64,000 nt of DNA, taken from assembly GCA_043805735.1 (NCBI GenBank), contig JAZDHS010000022.1:38950-102949 (forward strand), written 5' to 3'. A program made the translations under genes and the position numbers. Below are positions 8,181 through 18,237 of this stretch, in pieces; the stretch's first letter is position 1; each line of letters starts with the position of its first letter. This DNA is from Candidatus Omnitrophota bacterium (lineage in GTDB: Bacteria; Omnitrophota; Gorgyraeia; JAFGHF01). The notes beneath the pieces are model-generated. The model saw only the letters and a program-made list of their open reading frames with translations, did not search any database and had not been told where the DNA came from.

Positions 8181-10330
8181 ACTAGCATCCGTAGCGCTTG
8201 TTCGATTCGCTGCCGGTCGGGAATTTTAGGCTTTTCCGGCTGGGATTTCCATAGTCCTTGCAGCTCCTCACCCAGGGATTGGACCTCGACCAGCTTAATC
8301 AGACCGACCTCTGCCAATCGCTGCAAAAACCGTTCCTGCTTAGTCAGCGCTTTTACTTTCTTTTGGGGCATAAATACGAGCACATATTTTTCCGCGCTCA
8401 CCGCCTCCGAGACCATCGAAATGCTCTCTCCTGAGACCACTACGATATCGCTTAAGCCGACCATCGCCGCCACTGTATCAGGAATATTCTTCTTATTGGC
8501 GATGACCAGAAGAGCGCAGGCAAAATAATTGGCATAATCCTGTTCGCAAAGACGGTCAATTTCGGGGTCAGTCCGCCGTGAAGTAGTCACAAATAATTGG
8601 CCTTTGAGCGAGCTGACTGTCGCTTTAAGTTGGGTGTTAATTGTTTCGATTTGCTCAGGTGAAAGGGAAAAATCCGGGGTGTCCCCGCCGATTAAAAGCG
8701 CAATATTCGGCCCGCCATAATGGCCGCTGACGTCACTTAAGTGAAACCGTTTTTGAAAATCCGCAGCGCGCGCTTGGGCATACTGCGCGTCAATGATCGT
8801 GGGAGTCAAAAGCGTGGATACAACATGGGAGTTTTCCTTTACCCGATCATGCTCGGGTACGATCGCTAAATCAAAGCGGCTTAAGCCCAAAAGCGGCGGT
8901 TTCATCAGCACAACACTGCGCGCCTGATGTTTATAACTCAAGAAAAGATTGAGCGGGGCCAGCGCAGAACCGGCGGAAATAATCATCCGCACGGGGGTGC
9001 GCGCTAATTTACGCCAATGCTCAGGACTAAGCGCAGCTTGCACACAACCAAGGCAGCGCCGACAGGCCGGTCGGGAAAACAAAGCGCAAAACAACAACAG
9101 CCCCCGCCAGAGCCTGTTTTTAAATTTGACCTCCACCACTTCCGTAAATATTTCCTGCACCGCTGGAATATCTTCGGTTTTTATCTTTTGGACCATCCGG
9201 GCAATCGCCCAAGACTGATTGAGATGCCCGGCCTTACCATCGCTGAGCAACAGAATCGTATAATCCTGTTTTCGCGCTAAAGAACGTTCGATTAGCCCAG
9301 TGAGAACGGCTTCGTCTTCTTGAGGCAGCGTAACTGAAATCGATAGCGCCCATATTTCTATCGCCACGCGCATCTGGCGCAACAGCGGAATAAGCTTGGT
9401 GGCATCTTTTTCCGTGGTCACCACCAGCTCAACGTGAGCGTCCAAACACTGTTTTTCAATTACCTGCAAGTCTTGCCGGGAATAGACATGGTGGTCGGGA
9501 AAATAAATGGCTGGGCCAATCTGCGCGCCTTGCGCGCTTACGGAGCGAGCCAGGCTCTGGGGATTGGCGATGCCGCAAACGAGGGCCACTTTTTTATTTT
9601 GAATTGTTGGCAGCGGATGTTTGCACCCGCTGGAAAGATTGCGTAATTCGTAAGGTGTATGCGCAGCCAACAGCACCGGCGCCAAGGCATTACGTCTTTC
9701 TAATTCGCCCTTAATTGCCGCCAATTCCGTTGCTTGAACCTCATTGGCATGAGTAATGATTAAGACATCGGCGCGAGCCAAGCCGCTTGGCGCCTCCCGT
9801 AAAGGACCGGCGGGAATCAGGCGCTTGTTGCCCAACGGCGAAAGGGCATTGACCAAAACAATGTCTAAATTGCGCGCCATCTTCCAATGTTGAAAGCCAT
9901 CGTCTAAAATGAGGACATCAGCTTTGCGCTTGAGCTGAGCTTCCCGGGCATTGTTAATTCTGTTTTTCCCCGCCAGCACCGCGCCTTTGCCTAACTTCTC
10001 CTCCAAAAGTGCGGTTTCATCCTGGCCGTATCCGCGCAGTAAAACGCAAGGTGAATAGCCTTTATTTTTTAAATGCTCAGCTAAAAAAATACTAAACGGG
10101 GTCTTACCGCTTCCGCCCCAAGTGATATTGCCTACACTGATTACCGGACACTCAGGCTCGTAAGGGCGAAAGATTATCGTCTGTAGATAAAAGGCTAATC
10201 TGGTTATTATTCGGTAGAGAAGAGAAAATGGGCTAAGGAGAAAGATAAGAAATAGCTTAAACGGGGACTGGGTTTTTCCCAGTACAATATCAAGATAAAA
10301 CAAAATTGCCTTTTCGATTATGCGCATCAT
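8177..10330 (-). CDS. lpxK: Tetraacyldisaccharide 4'-kinase LpxK fused to a C-terminal ELM1/DUF1022-like putative GT-B glycosyltransferase domain
   Basis: 717 aa. N-terminus has VISVGNITWGGSGKTPF, the LpxK P-loop. C-terminal ~380 aa has LLLSDGKAGHLNQ and LIGGDTPDF motifs reminiscent of the ELM1 family. Confidence 0.7.
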   Translation of the reverse strand: MMRIIEKAILFYLDIVLGKTQSPFKLFLIFLLSPFSLLYRIITRLAFYLQTIIFRPYEPECPVISVGNITWGGSGKTPFSIFLAEHLKNKGYSPCVLLRGYGQDETALLEEKLGKGAVLAGKNRINNAREAQLKRKADVLILDDGFQHWKMARNLDIVLVNALSPLGNKRLIPAGPLREAPSGLARADVLIITHANEVQATELAAIKGELERRNALAPVLLAAHTPYELRNLSSGCKHPLPTIQNKKVALVCGIANPQSLARSVSAQGAQIGPAIYFPDHHVYSRQDLQVIEKQCLDAHVELVVTTEKDATKLIPLLRQMRVAIEIWALSISVTLPQEDEAVLTGLIERSLARKQDYTILLLSDGKAGHLNQSWAIARMVQKIKTEDIPAVQEIFTEVVEVKFKNRLWRGLLLFCALFSRPACRRCLGCVQAALSPEHWRKLARTPVRMIISAGSALAPLNLFLSYKHQARSVVLMKPPLLGLSRFDLAIVPEHDRVKENSHVVSTLLTPTIIDAQYAQARAADFQKRFHLSDVSGHYGGPNIALLIGGDTPDFSLSPEQIETINTQLKATVSSLKGQLFVTTSRRTDPEIDRLCEQDYANYFACALLVIANKKNIPDTVAAMVGLSDIVVVSGESISMVSEAVSAEKYVLVFMPQKKVKALTKQERFLQRLAEVGLIKLVEVQSLGEELQGLWKSQPEKPKIPDRQRIEQALRMLV

Positions 10331-10343
10331 TGCCTTTAGCCTA

Positions 10344-11606
10344 TCACGGCGCGAAAGATTTGATCAACTCCATAGTCCGAACCGTGGCTCCAGAGTTCTC
10401 TTCGACTAACCCCCTGGCTTTCCTGCCTAATGCCTCGGCTAGCTGCGGTTCATTAAGCAGGCGCTGGCACATTGCCGATAATTGGCGCCCATCCTTAATC
10501 ATCACCGCCGCTTTTTTGCTTAAAAACAGCTCGGCAATATTTGCGAAATTAAACATATAGGGTCCAAAGAGAATCGGACGGGAAAATAATGCCGGCTCAA
10601 TCGGATTCTGCCCCCCATGCGTCACCAAACTCCCGCCAATAAAGACGATATCGGCTAAGGCGTAGAGGCCTTTGAGCTGGCCAATGGTATCCACAATCAA
10701 GATTTGTTTTCCTGCAGCGGGCTCGTTATCTTTAAGACGGGAAAAACGCAGTGCGCTAAAACCGCTTTTCTCGACCAGCCGCTGGATTTCCGCCGTACGT
10801 TCAATATGCCGCGGGGCAATCGCTAAACGCATTCCGGGTTGGCTTTTTAATAAATTCTTATAGGTGTCCAAAAGAATCAGTTCTTCTCCCCGATGCGTGC
10901 TTCCGCCAAGCAATAATTTTTCTTGCTCACTTAATCCTAATTCCGCTCTCTTAAACTCAAGCGCAAGCAGCTGCAGGTCAAATTTCATATTGCCAGTTAC
11001 TTTTACTTTTGTCGCCGGCGCCCCCAAGTGAATAATCCGCTGGGCATCCTCTGCAGACTGCATGCAAAAAAGCGAGATGCGTTCCAGCACTCGCTTTAAA
11101 AAAGGGCGCACCAATAAATATCCCTGCAGTGAGCCCGGGGATATCCGGCCGTTGACGACCACGATGGGAATATTTTTGCGGCTAACATTGCTGATAAATC
11201 GCGGCCAGAGTTCGGTTTCAGCCAGCAATACCAGGCCCGGCCGAATCTGGGCAATGGCCCTGTTGATCGCCCAGGTTAAGTCCAGGGGAAAATAAATCAC
11301 GGCATCGTCGACCTGGGCGATCTTCTGGGCAATATTGTTGCCGGTTTTAGTTACGGTGGAAATCACCAGGCGTACTCCCGGAAAGTTACGTTTTAACACC
11401 TGCGCCAGCGAAACTACGGCCTGGGCCTCCCCTACGCTTACCGTATGCAGCCAAATTATCTTTTGCCCGTTTAGTTTTTTAAGTAAGGCTTTAGGAAAGA
11501 TTCCTAATCGCATTAAAAATCCACGGTGGCACTTTCCACGTAGGAGAAAAATCGGAAAGTAACACAGCACGAATAATAAATATAAGATTTCATACAGTAC
11601 AAACAT
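10344..11606 (-). CDS. waaA: 3-deoxy-D-manno-octulosonic acid (Kdo) transferase
   Basis: 420 aa, IWLHTVSVGEAQAV signature of WaaA/KdtA. Confidence 0.85.
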   Translation of the reverse strand: MFVLYEILYLLFVLCYFPIFLLRGKCHRGFLMRLGIFPKALLKKLNGQKIIWLHTVSVGEAQAVVSLAQVLKRNFPGVRLVISTVTKTGNNIAQKIAQVDDAVIYFPLDLTWAINRAIAQIRPGLVLLAETELWPRFISNVSRKNIPIVVVNGRISPGSLQGYLLVRPFLKRVLERISLFCMQSAEDAQRIIHLGAPATKVKVTGNMKFDLQLLALEFKRAELGLSEQEKLLLGGSTHRGEELILLDTYKNLLKSQPGMRLAIAPRHIERTAEIQRLVEKSGFSALRFSRLKDNEPAAGKQILIVDTIGQLKGLYALADIVFIGGSLVTHGGQNPIEPALFSRPILFGPYMFNFANIAELFLSKKAAVMIKDGRQLSAMCQRLLNEPQLAEALGRKARGLVEENSGATVRTMELIKSFAP

Positions 11607-11649
11607 TATTGGACACCATTCTTTGTTAACTAGCTAACCAGTAAACTAA

Positions 11650-12519
11650 TTAGGCCCGGGGGTGGGCCTTAGCGTAAACTGTTTTTAGCCGCTCTGTAGT
11701 AATATGGGTATAAATCTGTGTGGTCGAAAGACTGACATGCCCAAGAAGTTCCTGAACGCTTCTTAAGTCAGCACCCTTATCCAGTAAGTGTGTGGCAAAG
11801 GAATGGCGCAGGGTATGCGCCGAAACACCTTCTCTGAGCGAAGTGAGCCGGATATATTTATCAATCAGGCTTTGTACCCCGCGGTCAGTAAGCCTGCGGT
11901 TATACTTGTTCAAAAATACCGCCCGGCTGTCTTTTTTGGGCACGGTTTGCTGATCCAGATAATCCCGAATCGCCCGTAAGGCCTTATCCCCAATAGGAAG
12001 CAGCCGCTCTTTTTTACCCTTTCCCAACACCTTGACCATACCGGCAATAAAGTCAATGCTTGCAATGGTTAGGCCAACCAGCTCGCTAATGCGCATGCCT
12101 GTACTGTAGAGCGCCTCTAAGATGGCCCGGTCGCGCAGGCCCAGCGCCGTGGAGACATCCGGGGATTCGATCAGCCTAGTCACCTCAGCAATATCTAAAA
12201 ATAGCGGTAATTTTTTTTCCATTTTTGGCGACGAGATCGCCGCCAAAGGATTGACCTTTAAGTAGCCTTCGCGCACGAGAAAGCGGAAAAAGGAACGCAG
12301 CGTCGAAAGCTTGCGGTTAATGCTACGCCTTTGGAGATTGCGCGCTTTTAAATGGGTGAGGTATTTACGCACATCTAAACGGTCAACGGATAAGGCATCT
12401 TTTTTTTGCAAAAATTCATTGATCTGTTTTAAGTCAATGCGGTAATTTAAAAGGGTATGCGTGGATACATTCTTTTCTATTTCCAGATAGGTCAGAAATT
12501 TCTCAATATAGCGGTCCAT
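11650..12519 (-). CDS. xerC: Tyrosine recombinase XerC/XerD family (CodV-like)
   Basis: 289 aa, C-terminal HTLRHSFATHLL...LGH..LSTTQIYTH catalytic motifs; dprA-topA-xerC order. Confidence 0.85.
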   Translation of the reverse strand: MDRYIEKFLTYLEIEKNVSTHTLLNYRIDLKQINEFLQKKDALSVDRLDVRKYLTHLKARNLQRRSINRKLSTLRSFFRFLVREGYLKVNPLAAISSPKMEKKLPLFLDIAEVTRLIESPDVSTALGLRDRAILEALYSTGMRISELVGLTIASIDFIAGMVKVLGKGKKERLLPIGDKALRAIRDYLDQQTVPKKDSRAVFLNKYNRRLTDRGVQSLIDKYIRLTSLREGVSAHTLRHSFATHLLDKGADLRSVQELLGHVSLSTTQIYTHITTERLKTVYAKAHPRA

Positions 12520-12524
12520 AACCT

Positions 12525-14504
12525 TTAGCTTTTATCGGCTGCTTCGGTTTTAGCGGCTTGAGGCAAGGTATTGGTTAGATAGTGGCAACGCGGATAGTTG
12601 GAACAACCGTAAAAAACTCCACCCTGGCGTGTGCGTCGTTCGACCAGCCATCCGCCACAGCCCTCCAGCGGGCACTTTACCTCAGTAGTAATACTACGCG
12701 CGCTTTTACATTTGGGAAATCCCGAACAGCTCAGGAACTTTCCGTGCCGGCCCCACTTAATCACCATCGGTAAACCGCATAATTCGCAGGTCTCATTGGT
12801 CGGGATGGATTCCTTCTTGATTTTGGTCTGGGCAACCGAAAGCTCGGCAATGAAGGGTTCGTAAAAAAACTTGACCACTTCCACCCAAGGCAGTTTTCCC
12901 TCCTCAACTTCATCAAGCTGGCTTTCCAGTTGAGCCGTAAATTCGGCATCAAGAATCTTGGGGAAGTTCTTGGTTAAGAGGTCATTGACCGTAAAACCAA
13001 GTTCGGTGGGGAAAAAGTAGCCTTTATCCCGGCGCACATAATCCCGGGCAATAATCGTCTGAATGATCGGGGCGTAGGTACTGGGACGCCCGATACCTTT
13101 TTCCTCCAGGGTCTTGACCAGCGTAGCGTCGGAATAGCGCGCGGGGGGTTGCGTGAAATGCTGTTCGCCTTTTAAATCTAAAGCGTCGAGCTCTTCGCCT
13201 TTTTCCAGATGTGGCAGATCAATCTTTTTCTCATCTTTTGGTATACCCATTACCTTAAGGAAGCCGTCAAAGACTATCGTTGAACCAACGGACTTAAACA
13301 AAAAGTCTCCGGCCGCCACTTCTACGCTCGTCTGGGCATATATGGCCGGGCGCATTTGACTGGATAGAAACTTATTCCAAATCAGGCTATAAAGCCGGAA
13401 TTGGTCATTATTGAGATATTGTTTTATCTCTTGCGGTGAATGCAGCGGCAACGAAGGCCGAATAGCTTCATGCGCTCCTTGAGCCGATTTCTTAGACTTA
13501 TATTCGGGAGATTTTGGCGGTAAATACTCTTTGCCCAGGTTCTCGCTGATATAGTCACGCGCGGCTTTAAGGGCTTCCTCGGAAACTCGTACCGCGTCAG
13601 TACGCATATACGTAATCAAACCAAAACTTTCCGAGTTACCAATTTCCAACCCTTCATATAATCCCTGGGCAATACGCATCGTCTTACTGGCTGAAAAATG
13701 CAGCTGGTTAAAGGCCTCTTGCTGCAGCTTGCTGGTAGTATAGGGGGCCTGGGGATTGCGTTTCTTTTCTTTCTCCTGGATGTCACAGACAATAAATTTT
13801 TCTTGACGCACCTTTTCCAAGAGCGCGTCGGCCTGTTCTTTATTTTCAATCTTCGGTTTTTGCCCGGAGATTTTATCCAGTGCGGCGATAAAAGTCGCGG
13901 CAGTGGTTTTTTTCTTAAGCATCGCCTCGATACCCCAGTACTCTTGGGGGATAAACAAACCAATCTGGCGTTCTCTTTCCACGATAAAACGCACCGCCAC
14001 GGACTGCACTCTTCCTGCCGAAAGGCCGCGGGTGATTTTTTTCCAAAGCAGCGGGCTTAAGCTATACCCAACCAGGCGGTCAAGTACACGCCGGGCGGTC
14101 TGAGCCTCGACTTTATTCATATCGATCGCCCGGGGGTGAGCAAAAGCCTCTTTAACCGCCCGTTCGGTAATTTCGTGAAAAACCACGCGGTAAAGGGTGG
14201 GTTGGCCTTTAAGGCATTGCTGGATATGCCAGCAAATCGCCTCGCCTTCCCGATCAGGGTCAGCAGCAAGGTAAACGTTGTCAGCTGCCGCGGCATCTTT
14301 CTTAATTTGCGCGACAATTTTCTTTCTCGTGGCAATCACGACATATTCCGGCTTAAACCCGTCCTCGACGTTTACGCCCATCTTTTTTAAGGGTAAATCC
14401 CGGATATGGCCTCCGGAGGCCTCAACTAAAAAGTCGTCGCCGAGAAATTTATTAATCGTCTTGGCCTTGGCCGGTGATTCCACTATTACTAGCGATTTTG
14501 CCAT
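12525..14504 (-). CDS. topA: DNA topoisomerase I
   Basis: 659 aa, N-terminal LVIVESPAKAKTI TOPRIM, C-terminal Cys4 zinc ribbons. Confidence 0.9.
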   Translation of the reverse strand: MAKSLVIVESPAKAKTINKFLGDDFLVEASGGHIRDLPLKKMGVNVEDGFKPEYVVIATRKKIVAQIKKDAAAADNVYLAADPDREGEAICWHIQQCLKGQPTLYRVVFHEITERAVKEAFAHPRAIDMNKVEAQTARRVLDRLVGYSLSPLLWKKITRGLSAGRVQSVAVRFIVERERQIGLFIPQEYWGIEAMLKKKTTAATFIAALDKISGQKPKIENKEQADALLEKVRQEKFIVCDIQEKEKKRNPQAPYTTSKLQQEAFNQLHFSASKTMRIAQGLYEGLEIGNSESFGLITYMRTDAVRVSEEALKAARDYISENLGKEYLPPKSPEYKSKKSAQGAHEAIRPSLPLHSPQEIKQYLNNDQFRLYSLIWNKFLSSQMRPAIYAQTSVEVAAGDFLFKSVGSTIVFDGFLKVMGIPKDEKKIDLPHLEKGEELDALDLKGEQHFTQPPARYSDATLVKTLEEKGIGRPSTYAPIIQTIIARDYVRRDKGYFFPTELGFTVNDLLTKNFPKILDAEFTAQLESQLDEVEEGKLPWVEVVKFFYEPFIAELSVAQTKIKKESIPTNETCELCGLPMVIKWGRHGKFLSCSGFPKCKSARSITTEVKCPLEGCGGWLVERRTRQGGVFYGCSNYPRCHYLTNTLPQAAKTEAADKS

Positions 14505-14525
14505 TCGTTCATCCTTTAACTGGTT

Positions 14526-15455
14526 TTAGATACGCACGTATCTTTTCCCGGGCAGCTCCTGGACCAGTTTCTTCTGTTGTAATCTTAAGAGCGTGGTCAT
14601 CAGCACCCCGTATCCCAGGCCCGCTTTTTCAATTATACTATCCAGAGACCGGCCTTCTGAATTTAACAGGGCGCAGACCGCCTGTTCTTCTTGTGAAAGC
14701 ACCGCCAGCTGCTGGCCTGCTTCTTTTTCTAGCGCCACGGCCGCCGTGTAAACTTGCAGCGGTTGCAGCTCCTCAATGATATCTTCTACCGATTGGACTA
14801 GCTTGGCGCCCTCTTTAATTAACTCGTGCGTGCCGAAAGAGGTAAGCGAATCCACTTTACCCGGAAGCGCGCAAACCTCCCGGCCCTGCTCCAAGGCGCA
14901 GTGCGCCGTAATTAAGGCCCCGCTTTTCCTGGCCGCCTCAATGACCACCACGGCCAACGAAAGGCCGCTAATAATGCGGTTGCGCCGCGGAAAGTTTTGT
15001 TTATGTGGTGGGGTATCAAGCGTAAATTCCGAAACCACCGCGCCGGACTCGGCGATTTGATCAGCCAGCGCGGCATGCTCGGGAGGATAAATCATATTCA
15101 GGCCGCTGCCTAATACCGCGATCGTCCGGCCTTTTGCGGCTAAGGCCCCGCGGTGGGCCGCGCTATCCACGCCCCGAGCCAGTCCGCTGACTATTGTAAT
15201 ACCTCTGGCCGCCAGCTGATAACCCAGCTGCTCGGCATTTTTTAAACCATAGTAGGTGGCTCGGCGCGAACCAACTATGGCCACTGCCAACGCATCCTCA
15301 GCAACGAGATCGCCTTTTATGTAAAGCATCGGCGGGGGATCAAAAATATATCTTAAGTTAAGCGGATAATCCTGATCCTTAACGGCAATAGTTTTAACTT
15401 TGCGCTGCAGTCTGTTCGGCGTTCCCATCAAGTTTTTGCTTAATCTCCTGAGCAA
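14526..15455 (-). CDS. dprA: DNA processing protein DprA (Smf). True start probably internal; the ORF as called overlaps aroK.
   Basis: IVGSRRATYYG...IVSGLARGVDSAAH Rossmann motif. Confidence 0.85.
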   Translation of the reverse strand: MLRRLSKNLMGTPNRLQRKVKTIAVKDQDYPLNLRYIFDPPPMLYIKGDLVAEDALAVAIVGSRRATYYGLKNAEQLGYQLAARGITIVSGLARGVDSAAHRGALAAKGRTIAVLGSGLNMIYPPEHAALADQIAESGAVVSEFTLDTPPHKQNFPRRNRIISGLSLAVVVIEAARKSGALITAHCALEQGREVCALPGKVDSLTSFGTHELIKEGAKLVQSVEDIIEELQPLQVYTAAVALEKEAGQQLAVLSQEEQAVCALLNSEGRSLDSIIEKAGLGYGVLMTTLLRLQQKKLVQELPGKRYVRI

Positions 15456-15921
15456 TCTGCTCTACGGTCGCGCTAGTGGCATCAACGGAAAAATCGGCCT
15501 GGGCATACGCTTGGGCCCTGGCCTGCAATAGATCATTCACCTTTTGTTTGGGGTCGCGGACATTTAAGAGCGGTCGGTGGCGATAGCGTTTGGTCCGCTC
15601 TAAAATTATCTCCGCGGAGGCATTTAAGCAAACGAGTTTGCCATTAACTTTAAGCTGCCGGACATTTTCGGCATCGAGCATTACCCCGCCACCGGCATCA
15701 ATGATAAAGCGGTCTAATTCCGCTACTTTCTTAACCACTTCTTTCTCTACGCTGCGAAAATACGGTTCTCCGTTTTGCCGAAAAATCTCAGCGATCGTCC
15801 GGCGCTCTTTATCTTCAATTACCTCATCCGTGGAAATATATTTCCAGGCCAATAATTTTGCCAAGGCCTTGGCTACGGATGTTTTGCCCGTTCCCATAAA
15901 CCCTACGATTACTATATTCAT
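15394..15921 (-). CDS. aroK: Shikimate kinase
   Basis: 175 aa, GFMGTGKTSVAK P-loop. Confidence 0.85.
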   Translation of the reverse strand: MNIVIVGFMGTGKTSVAKALAKLLAWKYISTDEVIEDKERRTIAEIFRQNGEPYFRSVEKEVVKKVAELDRFIIDAGGGVMLDAENVRQLKVNGKLVCLNASAEIILERTKRYRHRPLLNVRDPKQKVNDLLQARAQAYAQADFSVDATSATVEQIAQEIKQKLDGNAEQTAAQS

Positions 15922-15922
15922 T

Positions 15923-17056
15923 TCACATCGCTTTCACTTGCTTTAAATACCCCTGGTAATTACGCCGGAACTCTCCCAGTGAATCGCCGCCAAATTTTTC
16001 CAACCCCGCCTGAGCCAGGCAGAAAGATACTACGGACTCGGCGACTACCGCCGCGGCGGCAACTGCGCAGACATCCGCGCGTTCAACGGCTGCGGCCTGA
16101 ACCTGTTTCGTCTTAATATTCACGCTGGCTAAAGGCTCACCTAACGTAGCAATGGGCTTCATTGCGCAACGGATAACCACAGGCTGGCCATTAGTCATAC
16201 CGCCCTCTAATCCTCCGGCATGGTTAGTCTTGCGCCAGAAGCCCAAGGCCTTAGAATAGAAAATCGGGTCATGAACCTGAGAACCTCTCTGAAAGGCACC
16301 AATGAAACCGGCACCAATTTCCACGCCTTTTACCGCCGGAATTGACATTAAACCGCCGGCTAGTGTAGAATCAAGACGCCGGTCCCAATGCATCAGACTG
16401 CCCAGGCCAAAAGGCACGCCTACGGCAATCACCTCCAAAATTCCACCCAAGGTATCACCGGTATCTTTCACCCGGTCAATTTCCGCCTTCATCGCGCTTT
16501 CCGCTTTTTTATCGGCACAACTAAACAGCGAATGCTCCGCCCGTTTGTGAATCGCCGCAATGCTTAATCCTTCGCAATGCGCGCAAACCTTGCCAATACT
16601 TAAAACATGGCTGACGATATCAACTCCGATTTCCTGGATCAGTGCCTTACAGAGCGCGCCAATGGCTACGCGCATTGCCGTTTCCCTCGCGCTCGCCCGT
16701 TCTAAAATATCGCGCATATCCGCGGTATTATATTTTAATGCCCCCGCTAAATCGGCATGCCCGGGGCGAGGAGAAACAATCTTCGCTAAGGTATTAATCG
16801 AAAAATCCTTATTCTCCACCATTAAGGCAATCGGAGAACCAAGCGTGCGGCCTTTGCGCACTCCCGAGAGTATCGCTACCTTGTCTTTCTCAATCTTCAT
16901 CCGTCCTCCGCGGCCGTACCCTTTCTGCCGGCGGGCTAATTCCCGGTCAATGCCGGCTTGCTCTATCCTTAGGCCAGAGGGCATTCCTTCCAATATTCCA
17001 ACTAGGCACTTTCCGTGCGATTCACCAGCGGTTAAGAACCGTAGCATCTGCCTCAC
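15923..17056 (-). CDS. aroC: Chorismate synthase
   Basis: 377 aa, GESHG motif. Confidence 0.9.
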   Translation of the reverse strand: MRQMLRFLTAGESHGKCLVGILEGMPSGLRIEQAGIDRELARRQKGYGRGGRMKIEKDKVAILSGVRKGRTLGSPIALMVENKDFSINTLAKIVSPRPGHADLAGALKYNTADMRDILERASARETAMRVAIGALCKALIQEIGVDIVSHVLSIGKVCAHCEGLSIAAIHKRAEHSLFSCADKKAESAMKAEIDRVKDTGDTLGGILEVIAVGVPFGLGSLMHWDRRLDSTLAGGLMSIPAVKGVEIGAGFIGAFQRGSQVHDPIFYSKALGFWRKTNHAGGLEGGMTNGQPVVIRCAMKPIATLGEPLASVNIKTKQVQAAAVERADVCAVAAAAVVAESVVSFCLAQAGLEKFGGDSLGEFRRNYQGYLKQVKAM

Positions 17057-17075
17057 CTCTTTTTAGTTTGCAGTT

Positions 17076-17432
17076 TCAATGTGTCCGGCGATAAACGTAG
17101 CCGGTAATCCTTTTACGGTTTTTTTCCTCTATTTCATCAAATTCAATCCCAATATAAAAAAATTCTTTGCGTTTTTCGTGCTCGCTCTCTTCAGTCTCCC
17201 GACATTTTTGCACCCAGACCACTTTTCCTTTGGCGCTGAGCGCCTGCGAATCCCCGGGCAGATATAACTCTATTTCCACTGCCGCGCCCATATCCAATTT
17301 TTTGTCGATAATCAGGCGCACCCCGACACCGCTGACATCAAACGCGGAACATTTTCCCTCAATCTTGGTCCCGCGGTAATCAACTAACACCAATCCGTCC
17401 GAACGCACAAATCTTCTTTTCTCCTGCATCAT
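17076..17432 (-). CDS. PilZ-domain c-di-GMP-binding protein
   Basis: 118 aa, RRFVR (RxxxR) and DVSGVG (DxSxGG) PilZ motifs. Confidence 0.7.
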   Translation of the reverse strand: MMQEKRRFVRSDGLVLVDYRGTKIEGKCSAFDVSGVGVRLIIDKKLDMGAAVEIELYLPGDSQALSAKGKVVWVQKCRETEESEHEKRKEFFYIGIEFDEIEEKNRKRITGYVYRRTH

Positions 17433-17442
17433 TCACCTCTAG

Positions 17443-18228
17443 CTAAGTTAATAATAACCAACCTAAAATTAGTTCACCCCAAACCATCGTCAACAACGTG
17501 GCCAGGGAGAGAAACGGCCCATAAGGAATAAAACTTTCGCCTTTTTTAATCTTCAATATGATTCCAAAAATCGCGCCAAAAAAAGGCGCCAGAAAAAAGG
17601 TCAACAGCACTAATTTCCAGCCGATAAAGGCGCCGACCATGGCCAGGAGTTTAACATCCCCGCCGCCCATGGTCTCTTTCTTAAAAATCGCATCGCCGAT
17701 GAGGCCAGTGAGAAAAATACTGCCGCCGCCAACGATCATTCCTAAAGACGCCCGCCCTAAGGCCAAGAGGTGCTGCGGCGTCCCTTGAAGCGCAGGCACT
17801 AAGAGGCTCAGTAGCAGCCCGATCACAATTCCGGAAAGGGTTATTTCATCGGGAATTTCCCGAATCGCGATATCAATGAAACTGGCCACAATTAACGCGG
17901 AATAAAAAACACAATAAATCAGAAACTGTGGCGTTAGGCCGTGCAACTTAAACAATAATAAAAACAGCAGCGCCGTAATCAACTCGACCACGAAATAGCG
18001 CGGGGAAATCTTAATTCGGCAGTCGCGGCAACAACCACGCAGCAAAAGATAGCTTATCAGAGGGATGTTATCGTACCAGCGCAGGGCGTGTTTGCACCCT
18101 GGGCAATGCGATGCGGGATGAACGATTGATTCCTTGCGCGGCATCCGATAGATACATACATTTAAAAAGCTACCGATCGCCGAACCCAAACAGAAAACGA
18201 ATATTTTCAGGATTAATTCTAGGGCCAT
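17443..18228 (-). CDS. pilD: Type IV prepilin peptidase (A24 family)
   Basis: 261 aa, CPGCKH...CRDC zinc motif, multi-TM. Confidence 0.8.
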   Translation of the reverse strand: MALELILKIFVFCLGSAIGSFLNVCIYRMPRKESIVHPASHCPGCKHALRWYDNIPLISYLLLRGCCRDCRIKISPRYFVVELITALLFLLLFKLHGLTPQFLIYCVFYSALIVASFIDIAIREIPDEITLSGIVIGLLLSLLVPALQGTPQHLLALGRASLGMIVGGGSIFLTGLIGDAIFKKETMGGGDVKLLAMVGAFIGWKLVLLTFFLAPFFGAIFGIILKIKKGESFIPYGPFLSLATLLTMVWGELILGWLLLT

Positions 18229-18237
18229 GTTTAATTT

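Noticed and set aside
11650-12519. Tyrosine recombinase considered as an integrase marking a genomic-island boundary next to the LPS cluster
   Set aside because: The conserved dprA-topA-xerC order (as in Bacillus smf-topA-codV), the absence of an adjacent tRNA or attachment-site repeats, and XerC/D-type catalytic motifs favour a housekeeping dimer-resolution recombinase.
15394-15455. 62-bp overlap of dprA and aroK, and a similar overlap of arfB with the FNT gene (53966-54027), considered as frameshifts or pseudogenes
   Set aside because: Both are explained by the ORF caller choosing the longest upstream start; internal Met starts give normal-length proteins with intact motifs (GGQ in ArfB).
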